IMG/VR virus record: IMGVR_UViG_3300019476_000022
Length of the DNA: 31,590 bases
From: a virus
Strand: one strand, 5' to 3'
The notes under the pieces: generated by a model
Database searches by the model: none
What the model was told of the DNA's origin: nothing
The model's input: only the letters and a program-made list of their open reading frames with translations
Shown: piece after piece, positions 1 through 7,046 of the stretch
Layout of the letters: the number at the start of each line of letters is the position of its first letter
Numbering within the stretch: position 1 is the stretch's first letter
Position numbers and translations under genes: made by a program

Positions 1-95
1 GCCTCGGACTCAGCTTCATCATTGGTATTTTCAACTTCTGGCTCGACAACCTCGTCGGCAGACTCCACTACTGGTGTCTCTGGCTCAGCAGGCTC
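1..95. repeat. Terminal direct repeat, identical to 31496-31590 (assembly overlap of a circular or circularly permuted genome)
   Basis: Base-by-base comparison of the two contig ends: gcctcggactcagcttcatc...ctggctcagcaggctc is present at both. Confidence 0.95.
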
Positions 96-257
96 GCTTT
101 CAGCCTCAGTCTCGGTGGTGTCGGCCGTGCCTTTGGCTGCCGAAATACTCACGTACGGCCCACTATGCGCTCCCTCCTTCACAAAAACATAATATCCCTC
201 TGGTGTTCGGCGAATCTCGCCGCCCTTATAATTCTGTACTTTTTCAGTGTTTTCCAT
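1..257 (-). CDS. 5' part (85 codons) of a 100-aa protein that wraps the contig junction: small N-terminal domain plus a strongly acidic T/E/A/P-rich tail
   Basis: ATG at 257-255 lies 6 nt downstream of AGGAGG (plus cctcct 263-268). Hand translation: MENTEKVQNYKGGEIRRTPEGYYVFVKEGAHSGPYVSISAAKGTADTTETEAESEPAEPETPVVESADEVVEPEVENTNDEAESE... The ORF track misses it because it crosses position 1. Confidence 0.75.
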   Translation of the reverse strand, partial: MENTEKVQNYKGGEIRRTPEGYYVFVKEGAHSGPYVSISAAKGTADTTETEAESEPAEPETPVVESADEVVEPEVENTNDEAESE

Positions 258-352
258 ATGAATCCTCCTGATTATAAATGTACAGATTAGGCGATATTAA
301 CGTTATTTGCCGTGTAGAATTAAGACATCATCGCGTAAGTAAAAGCGTAATC

Positions 353-386
353 AAAAACCCGCACGAGACTTCTAGCCAAGTGCGGG
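353..386 (-). terminator. Rho-independent terminator closing the late operon
   Basis: Stem cccgcac (358-364) / gtgcggg (380-386) with a 15-nt loop. It is followed on the minus strand by UUUUU (353-357) and lies directly after gene 404-583. Confidence 0.6.
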
Positions 387-403
387 GTAACATTTATAGT
401 ATA

Positions 404-583
404 CTACTTATTCTCAATCCTATGAACAAGCTCTTCCTTATTCCCGCCAAGTTCTTCATATTTCTTGGCAAGGCTATCTACTTGCTCTGGGATCTCTTTG
501 AGGTTATTGCGGCGGTTAATCTCGTCCATAATAACTTGTAGTTGTTCTTGTAGTTGTTCTTCAGTTAAAGTTTTGTAGTCCAT
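404..583 (-). CDS. Small (59 aa) coiled-coil protein, last gene of the late operon (below the ORF-track size cut-off)
   Basis: ATG at 583 with GAAAGGAG 5-6 nt upstream (plus 588-595). Hand translation: MDYKTLTEEQLQEQLQVIMDEINRRNNLKEIPEQVDSLAKKYEELGGNKEELVHRIENK*, stop at 404-406. Confidence 0.6.
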   Translation of the reverse strand: MDYKTLTEEQLQEQLQVIMDEINRRNNLKEIPEQVDSLAKKYEELGGNKEELVHRIENK

Positions 584-621
584 ATAACTCCTTTCGTTAG
601 ATATTCTAGGCTTTTCTCTGG

Positions 622-1284
622 TTAATTACTCACCCCCCCCGGCAATATGGTCGGCCAATCATTTTCGGTGACATACGATATGTTAAACGAGCATGATTCG
701 CCTTTCGTCCAGGTGTCGTAGCCAGGAATAGCTCTAATCGATAAGTCAAACGAATTGCTTTGCGAGTAGATACTGCCAAGCTGAGCGCCGTTGACATTCA
801 CGAGACCGTGCCCCGTACCCCAACCTGAGTTGCGGAAGCCGTTCGGGAACATGTTATCTTTAAGGATACGTTTCAGCACGGCATGCGCACCTGTACCAGG
901 GTTATCGCCCACTTTTAATCCGCTTGAGCGGAGGTATACTACTTTGTTGATACGCCGCAGCTGGATATTGCTGGTGCTATCCCAAAATGGGTCGAGTAAG
1001 GCTTTGATATCGCGCCAGCCAGTATCGCCATACAAGACAGTCCAGCCGGTATTGCCAGTGCCCCACATCTTAATCCACTTCACAGCGCCGCAGGTGACGG
1101 CTGTGTCGGTGTAAGTGCTTCCTGGCGGGGCTGAGACGACGCCGTTGGGCTGACCGGTGCCGTAGCGGTGCCCAACATCGCCAATCTTCACGTACGAGAG
1201 GTCAGGGGCGAGCCGAATGACATTCTTGTTGGTCTTGTTGTTCCAAACTAAGAACTCATTGCCTCCACCGATACCGAACGACAT
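622..1284 (-). CDS. Tail fibre / receptor-binding-type protein (globular tip domain)
   Basis: Motifs GSTYTDT..GAVKWIKMWGTGNTGW..GDTGWRDI resemble fibre or minor-tail tip domains of Gram-positive siphophages. GAGGTG RBS present; follows fibre-like gene 1380-1814. Confidence 0.5.
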   Translation of the reverse strand: MSFGIGGGNEFLVWNNKTNKNVIRLAPDLSYVKIGDVGHRYGTGQPNGVVSAPPGSTYTDTAVTCGAVKWIKMWGTGNTGWTVLYGDTGWRDIKALLDPFWDSTSNIQLRRINKVVYLRSSGLKVGDNPGTGAHAVLKRILKDNMFPNGFRNSGWGTGHGLVNVNGAQLGSIYSQSNSFDLSIRAIPGYDTWTKGESCSFNISYVTENDWPTILPGGVSN

Positions 1285-1379
1285 ATCAGTTACACCTCTA
1301 ATCTGTCTGAATCCTAATACGCCGATGTCCGATTCAACGCTTATGGTGTGTTTGGCTTTTATCGTGCCAGAGCCGACCT

Positions 1380-1814
1380 TTACGCCTCGTTAGGGGCATC
1401 GCCCTCAATAACGATCGGTGTCGTACTTTTCGTCGTGTTGTTAACACTGAGCCTGCCGATAGTGTTTGCCGCGATGGTGTACGTGTTAGCGTTTTTCGCT
1501 ACTAAGGAAAGCGATGGGTTCTCTTTACTAATGGCGATATCACCAGTGAACGTATCGCCAGCTTTGTCAGCTTTCTTATTCAGTTCAGTAGTAAGCTCTG
1601 CATTATCTGAGATATCTCCACTAATACTTCCCCAGGCGGCAGAGCCGCCTCCGCCGGGATTACTTACGTAAGTTTTAACCGTTTCTCTGGCAATCTCCAG
1701 ACTCACATATGGCCCGTAAGCAACATTATTTTTGATCCAAACAAACAGTTCGCCTCGTTTGCCTTTGTCGATTACGTAAATCACCCCTCCCTCGTAGTCT
1801 TCTATTTTTTCCAT
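1380..1814 (-). CDS. Tail fibre-like protein with a small N-terminal module shared with the junction-spanning protein
   Basis: AAWGSISGDISDNAELTTELNKKADKAGDTFTGDI is a classic fibre motif (WG.I.G...L..KA..GDTFTG). The N-terminus MEKIEDYEGGVIYV...AYGPYVSLEIA parallels MENTEKVQNYKGGEIRR...HSGPYVSISAA. Confidence 0.55.
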   Translation of the reverse strand: MEKIEDYEGGVIYVIDKGKRGELFVWIKNNVAYGPYVSLEIARETVKTYVSNPGGGGSAAWGSISGDISDNAELTTELNKKADKAGDTFTGDIAISKENPSLSLVAKNANTYTIAANTIGRLSVNNTTKSTTPIVIEGDAPNEA

Positions 1815-1862
1815 ATCACACCTTCGTTCTCCCTGATTTGATGATTATTATTTTTCTATAAC

Positions 1863-2990
1863 TCATGGATTAATCACTTGTCCTGGATAAATCAACCCGC
1901 GATTTTTAATTCCATTACGCTCAGCTAGTCTCTGTGCATATCCATTATTACCAAACAACCCGTTTGTACCATGCCAGCCGTTTCGTAGAGCAATATGACC
2001 TAAAGTGTCCCCACGCCTCACAACGTACGTAGACGAGCTTACGTACGGTCTCGGAGTTATCCTACTGTATGTTTGTGGCACCCGTGCATTAACTGCTGCC
2101 TGTACTTCAGCTGGGTTGTAACCAGCGGCTTGTAACCGTGCTACGCGGTCATTGCCGCTACCGTACACACCCTTCAATACATCAGCTACCACTTGATCGT
2201 TCACTGCTTTCGAACTGGCTGCTGGAGCGGCTGGCGCGCTAGCAGTACTACCATTTGCCCAGATATTCGGTCGGTAGTAGCCGATAATCGAGTTGCGATA
2301 GCCGCCTAGATCCATCAAGTTAAACGCGTTACCGACGTAGATATTGCCACTGCCTTGGTTCTGTCCAAAGAATTTCCCTTGGTAATACATAGCCACATGT
2401 CCATACGTTCCGCCGCCGAAGATTGCCCAGTCGCCATCTTTCATACCAGCTTGCCCAGAGTGCCAGGTAAAGCCTAACGCTTGGATTTCACCCACTTGGT
2501 TTGCATAGCCACTCGCACCACCTGTTCTAGTTGCTACGACACGCCCACTCAAGCTGAACATGAACTGCTTGAAACCTGCCACACACTGTAGGCCATATCC
2601 CTCGTTAAAGCCGCGACCGTTCATCGCGTTGACAAAAGCAGTAGGGCTCGACATGTCAGTCTTGTAATACACACCCGATCCCATTTGTGCCAGCTCTTTA
2701 TCTGGCGCTTCGCAGCCCGAGCCTGAATCCTGCGGTACATCTAGTCCCATAATGCCAGCAATCGCTGATTCACGCTTTTTCGCTAATTCACACAAAGCCT
2801 TTTCTTGTGCCTTAGAATATTTAGCTTTTGAGCCATCAAGCGTAATGCTGCCATCTTCGGCTTGTTTGCCAGCAAGCAAAAACGTTGCCGACAGCACTGC
2901 CACCACCAGTAGTAGCACGACAGCCAAATGCGCCGACGCGTAGCTCAGTACCTTGCCAATAGACTTTGATATTGCATTTTTCAGCTTCAT
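1863..2990 (-). CDS. Endolysin: N-terminal signal-anchor TM + CHAP peptidase + CW_7-like motif + C-terminal LysM
   Basis: TM segment HLAVVLLLVVAVLSATFLLAG. CHAP Cys in GLQCVAGFKQF and His in YGHVAMYY. VLKGVYGSGNDRVARLQAAGYNPAEVQAAVNA is CW_7-like. YVVRRGDTLGHIA...GLIYPGQVINP is LysM-like. Confidence 0.85.
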   Translation of the reverse strand: MKLKNAISKSIGKVLSYASAHLAVVLLLVVAVLSATFLLAGKQAEDGSITLDGSKAKYSKAQEKALCELAKKRESAIAGIMGLDVPQDSGSGCEAPDKELAQMGSGVYYKTDMSSPTAFVNAMNGRGFNEGYGLQCVAGFKQFMFSLSGRVVATRTGGASGYANQVGEIQALGFTWHSGQAGMKDGDWAIFGGGTYGHVAMYYQGKFFGQNQGSGNIYVGNAFNLMDLGGYRNSIIGYYRPNIWANGSTASAPAAPAASSKAVNDQVVADVLKGVYGSGNDRVARLQAAGYNPAEVQAAVNARVPQTYSRITPRPYVSSSTYVVRRGDTLGHIALRNGWHGTNGLFGNNGYAQRLAERNGIKNRGLIYPGQVINP

Positions 2991-2992
2991 GA

Positions 2993-3223
2993 TTATTTCT
3001 CCTCAGTCTCAGCCTTTTTGCGGTCTTGATTGTTCTTCTGGTTGGTTACGCCCAAGAAGTAGACGTTGATACCGCCGGCAAACAGCAGCGCGGTGCTAGT
3101 CAGCTGTTTAGCGATTGCCTGAAACCCCCAGGTGTCGCCCAACCCTTGCACAATAAACGCCGCAAACGATAGTAACCCAACCGCAATTGACAGCTGGCGT
3201 GTGGTTGATGGTTTTAATTTCAT
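2993..3223 (-). CDS. Holin (two TM helices, charged C-terminus)
   Basis: 76 aa. Two hydrophobic helices (LSIAVGLLSFAAFIVQGL; ALLFAGGINVYFLGV) and a KNNQDRKKAETEEK tail. Lies immediately upstream of the endolysin. Confidence 0.6.
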   Translation of the reverse strand: MKLKPSTTRQLSIAVGLLSFAAFIVQGLGDTWGFQAIAKQLTSTALLFAGGINVYFLGVTNQKNNQDRKKAETEEK

Positions 3224-3312
3224 ATTTGACCTCCTTGATCATTATTGTTACTTCGAAAAATCAGGTAGAGAACAAGAGTGGTTGTTGTGATAGATAGTAA
3301 TAACGGTATCAT
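3220..3312 (-). CDS. 30-aa single-TM peptide, translationally coupled on both sides (missed by ORF track)
   Basis: Hand translation: MIPLLLSITTTTLVLYLIFRSNNNDQGGQI*. ATGA overlap with the stop of 3309-3692 and ATGA overlap with the holin start. Confidence 0.45.
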   Translation of the reverse strand: MIPLLLSITTTTLVLYLIFRSNNNDQGGQI

Positions 3313-3692
3313 CGCTTCGCCTCCAAATGCTGCATATCCTCTTTCAACGTCGTCACCGTTTGGCTTTGTTTAACCATCACGCCTGTCAGATACACGGCGA
3401 ACGCCACGAGTGCCACTGCAAATACCTTTGCCAAACCGCTGGTGATAAGCCGCCAAAAGTTCAGCAGGCTTTCCACATCGCTGCGCGGCAAATATTTCTG
3501 CTCCACCTCATCTGTAAGCTCTTTTTTATATTGTTCAAGCTCAGCTCGAGAAATATTACCGCTCAATATATTCTCTATTCGCTCAAGCGCTGCTGTATGC
3601 CTATCAACACCATCCTTAATGTACTCTACCTTAGCCTGTAAGGCGCCGAATTCTTTTGCTGATACGTCTGTGTTACTCATCTCACTTACCAC
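3309..3692 (-). CDS. Lysis-cassette membrane protein (N-terminal coiled coil, C-terminal TM; XhlA-like architecture)
   Basis: 127 aa with a coiled-coil-like N-terminal half and TM helix GLAKVFAVALVAFAVYLTGVMV. First gene of the lysis block. Confidence 0.45.
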   Translation of the reverse strand: MVSEMSNTDVSAKEFGALQAKVEYIKDGVDRHTAALERIENILSGNISRAELEQYKKELTDEVEQKYLPRSDVESLLNFWRLITSGLAKVFAVALVAFAVYLTGVMVKQSQTVTTLKEDMQHLEAKR

Positions 3693-3700
3693 ATTACAGA

Positions 3701-4123
3701 TTAGACATACTCAACCCTCAGTTCACCGTCAGATGTGGCGAACGCATATATTTTGAACGTACTGCTGCCGAGGTCTGACAAGAAGTCAGTTATATTTACC
3801 CACGTCTGTACGCCGCCATTGCTTCGCCGACGCTGGAAATAATGAGTGACATCTTCCAATCCCGAACCATGATTGCTACGCCTGCCGACCATCAGCTTAA
3901 AGACCATACCCGTCTGATAAATACTGGATTTTGGCGTAAATATAATTCTAAATCTTCTCAAGAACGTTGCATTACGCTTGTCGATAGTCGCTTCTAATTT
4001 CACACGGAACACTTGCACGCCATCAGCACCAACACGCTGCGTGGCTTTCATCTCTGCAATCTCACGCTCGCATCGCGTAATAATTCTCGCCATCGTTTCA
4101 CCGTCTATGTCTTTAATCCTCAT
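3701..4123 (-). CDS. Virion-module protein, member of a 3-gene paralog set downstream of Tal
   Basis: 140 aa. N-terminal helix ARIITRCEREIAEMKATQRV is shared in pattern with the two upstream genes. ATGA coupling at 4120-4123. Confidence 0.55.
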   Translation of the reverse strand: MRIKDIDGETMARIITRCEREIAEMKATQRVGADGVQVFRVKLEATIDKRNATFLRRFRIIFTPKSSIYQTGMVFKLMVGRRSNHGSGLEDVTHYFQRRRSNGGVQTWVNITDFLSDLGSSTFKIYAFATSDGELRVEYV

Positions 4124-4575
4124 AACATCCTGCTTTCGACAGTTAAATCAACATCGGTATTTGCCACCACGGCACACTTCATCTGTGCCAACACGCTCGT
4201 TAGTCCCTTGCTCACGAACACATATACGAACCACCTGCGAACGTGTCGCAAATCACTCGATATCGGCACCATGTCAACACGCACTGGCACTGCACTATTT
4301 ATCAACACCTTGTCAATAATCAAATCGGCCAACAGGAATGTTTTATCCTTTTTTGCTGTCGCCGTAATAACAAACGGCACGCCAGATGCCTGCTGTTGTC
4401 CACCAACCACATTAGCCACTTGATTAAAGTCCCAATCGCCACTGCTGGCACTTTCATAGAACACCAGCCCGCTCGATGCCATCACCTGGCCAGTTTTAAG
4501 ATCGCGAATATTGCGGTCAAGTGACGCCAGGATGTCCGCTAGTTGATTTTCAGGTAGCATATTCAGCCGATTCAT
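4120..4575 (-). CDS. Virion-module protein, paralog set member (start trimmed to the ATG at 4575)
   Basis: The internal Met MNRLNMLPENQLADILASLDRNIRDLKTGQ gives an ATGA overlap with the stop of 4572-5072. The track start at 4629 would overlap the upstream gene by 58 nt. Confidence 0.55.
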   Translation of the reverse strand: MNRLNMLPENQLADILASLDRNIRDLKTGQVMASSGLVFYESASSGDWDFNQVANVVGGQQQASGVPFVITATAKKDKTFLLADLIIDKVLINSAVPVRVDMVPISSDLRHVRRWFVYVFVSKGLTSVLAQMKCAVVANTDVDLTVESRML

Positions 4576-5072
4576 AATAGGCTCGCTTTCATACTGAACG
4601 ATCCTTTGTCGGTTCCCAGAAAAATACACTTGGCGTAGACGTATTTTGTCTGCCCTGGTCGTGGATTGTCGATTGAAGTAGTAACGTTGAACGCTAGCTG
4701 GTTTGGTATCTCTAGTTTGTTAATGTCTGGTGCACTCTGATCGATAATGCTGCCGGTGATCGGCTGTGCACCAGCAAGTGTGTCGGGGTTGTCGCTGACG
4801 TAAAACTGCGGCAAGAACAATACATACGGCCACTGCTGTTTACGTGCGGTGAAAATCGTTTCAATTTTGATTATTCTGCCGCCGAGAAAAGTCGGGTCGT
4901 ATGTGATAGGTATCATCGCGTCATATTCTTGAGCGCTTTTCGTTTCATAGTAAATAATGCCAGACTTATTACTGGTTCTCTGCGCCGCTTTCATCTGCTC
5001 GGTGGCACGCAGAAGTGCCCGCAACCTGCCAATGGCGCGCCGCTCCTCCACTAGGTTCAAACGCTCACTCAT
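4572..5072 (-). CDS. Virion-module protein, paralog set member
   Basis: 166 aa. N-terminal helix RAIGRLRALLRATEQMKAAQR. Overlaps the stop of the Tal-like gene. Confidence 0.55.
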   Translation of the reverse strand: MSERLNLVEERRAIGRLRALLRATEQMKAAQRTSNKSGIIYYETKSAQEYDAMIPITYDPTFLGGRIIKIETIFTARKQQWPYVLFLPQFYVSDNPDTLAGAQPITGSIIDQSAPDINKLEIPNQLAFNVTTSIDNPRPGQTKYVYAKCIFLGTDKGSFSMKASLL

Positions 5073-6157
5073 AGGTCATAATTATCCAGCGTTAAGGTTA
5101 TCTCTTCACTCATATTTTCATCGACTTTCACCGACAACTGCTCGATACGGTAATAGCCACTCAGTGGACAAGACGAATACTTGCTTTGCTCGACAACGAT
5201 TCGATCACCGACGCCGATATTGTTCAGATCAAACTGAGTACCACGCACTGTGACGCGCGGCAGATCAACCAGTCGGCTCATTACCGCCACATCAGCCTCG
5301 CAGTGTCCCGCCAGCGTGCTCAGATTTTTAATGCTGTTGTATAACTGCACCTTCTCTCGTAAGATGAACTCCTGCTGGCTCAAAACGTCCTCAGCACTAT
5401 AACGAATTGTCTCTTCACCCATGCCAGAGGCCTTACCTATGATGTTGTTGTACAAGTTTGCTCCAGACTGCGGTAGCTCCATGCGGATGGCGCCAATTCC
5501 CAGTCCGTCATCGGGATAGTGTACTGTCACGTCTGGCCGTTCGTTGCCGAGTGTCTGGAACGTCTCAAACTCGCGGTTGTAGGTGAACCGAAAATCAAAC
5601 TTGCCATCTTGTAAATTGGTTAGCGACACCAACGCGTCTTTAGCGTTGATATCCTCCCAGTCGTCCGTCCTGTCACGTCGTACGCCGGTGCGGTGCTGTC
5701 TGCTGCCCCTAGTGATACCAACGTCGCCATTAGGTCTATTTTGCACTTCCTGAATAATATCCCAGGCAATGTCAGTAGCTTCAATCCCTTTCCAGCGACC
5801 ATTCAAGTATCGTGCGTCAATCAGATTCAAGTAGCCGTCGCACTGCACTAGTATTCGTGCGTTGTCGGTGTTCAGGTTTCGGTTTGCTTCTACCACCACT
5901 GCACCGAACAAATACTCGCCGTTACGCTTGACTCTGATGTCGCTCACCCATGGCTTTAAGATAGTGTTTGGGTTCTCGCCGATCCGTCGGCACTTCTCTT
6001 CCCAGTCTGGCATCGACATATTAAAATCTAGCGACTCAACACCATTCCGTATCATGCTCCAGTCGATGTCTTGGCAAAGCCTCGTAATATCTGCCACCTT
6101 GGTCTTTCCGCGGTGCCATAGCTCGATGGTGTAGCGTGGTGGTACGTACTCGTCCAT
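5069..6157 (-). CDS. Tail-associated (Tal-like) / baseplate hub protein
   Basis: 362 aa, located immediately after the Dit-like gene downstream of the tape measure. The call rests on position and size. Confidence 0.55.
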   Translation of the reverse strand: MDEYVPPRYTIELWHRGKTKVADITRLCQDIDWSMIRNGVESLDFNMSMPDWEEKCRRIGENPNTILKPWVSDIRVKRNGEYLFGAVVVEANRNLNTDNARILVQCDGYLNLIDARYLNGRWKGIEATDIAWDIIQEVQNRPNGDVGITRGSRQHRTGVRRDRTDDWEDINAKDALVSLTNLQDGKFDFRFTYNREFETFQTLGNERPDVTVHYPDDGLGIGAIRMELPQSGANLYNNIIGKASGMGEETIRYSAEDVLSQQEFILREKVQLYNSIKNLSTLAGHCEADVAVMSRLVDLPRVTVRGTQFDLNNIGVGDRIVVEQSKYSSCPLSGYYRIEQLSVKVDENMSEEITLTLDNYDL

Positions 6158-7044
6158 TACGCCACTCCCGTGTAGCCGTTATACCACTCAACGATAGCCG
6201 TGCCAGTATCAGTGCTGTTTGATGTGTTGAAAATCAGTTCGTTCAGCCCTGGCACTAAACGCCAATATTGACTGCTGGTGAGGTTGTTATCGATACCCAC
6301 GCCATTCAGAGTCACCTCTCGGTTGTATGTATCAAATACGATTGTGTCGTTGTCTGTTGTGCTGATATTCAGCGCCAGAACCTCGCCAGTCGTCTGATTG
6401 GACACGGTCGGATTGGTTACCTTGCCGGTAATTGTGATTGTCGGCCAAACATAGGTGTTGCCATCATTTATGGCGTGATTCAGTCCTCCGCCAGCTACCC
6501 AGTGCAAGCCGTCACGCTCCCAAAGCATACCTGTCGGGCTCCACAATAAACCACCGTCACGCGGACGCTCTAGCGTGATTCGCTGTGCTGCGCCGTCGGT
6601 GTAGTCATACATCCGCGGATCACCCGCTACCAGCTCGATGTCATAGTCGGCAATGAGCGGCCACTCAATCTTTGGATCGAGAGGCTGTGTCAGTTTGGCA
6701 ATGGTCTGATAAACACGTCCGGTTGGCGTGAACAGCCGCACCCGCAACTTGTCACGAATCTTGATAGTTCTGGCAATTTTTGCCATCTCGGCGTGCATCT
6801 CGGCCAGTTTTCCGTCATGCTCCACCAACACGAAAAAACTCAGCGGTATTTGTCGCACACCATAAAACTGCTCATCTACGCTACCGCCATCCGCACCAGA
6901 GAACACATACTGGCTGTTGCGTACGTCAGGGTCGCCAAAACCTTTCAGTGGCGGCGTTAGGTGTGATAACCCTTGTTTACTGCCTGCCAAAAACACGCTC
7001 TCGTTGGTGCGCATATTAGTGATCTGTACGTCATATGTTCTCAT
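6157..7044 (-). CDS. Distal tail protein (Dit-like)
   Basis: 295 aa, the first gene after the tape measure, which is the canonical siphovirus position. Confidence 0.6.
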   Translation of the reverse strand: MRTYDVQITNMRTNESVFLAGSKQGLSHLTPPLKGFGDPDVRNSQYVFSGADGGSVDEQFYGVRQIPLSFFVLVEHDGKLAEMHAEMAKIARTIKIRDKLRVRLFTPTGRVYQTIAKLTQPLDPKIEWPLIADYDIELVAGDPRMYDYTDGAAQRITLERPRDGGLLWSPTGMLWERDGLHWVAGGGLNHAINDGNTYVWPTITITGKVTNPTVSNQTTGEVLALNISTTDNDTIVFDTYNREVTLNGVGIDNNLTSSQYWRLVPGLNELIFNTSNSTDTGTAIVEWYNGYTGVA

Positions 7045-7046
7045 AT

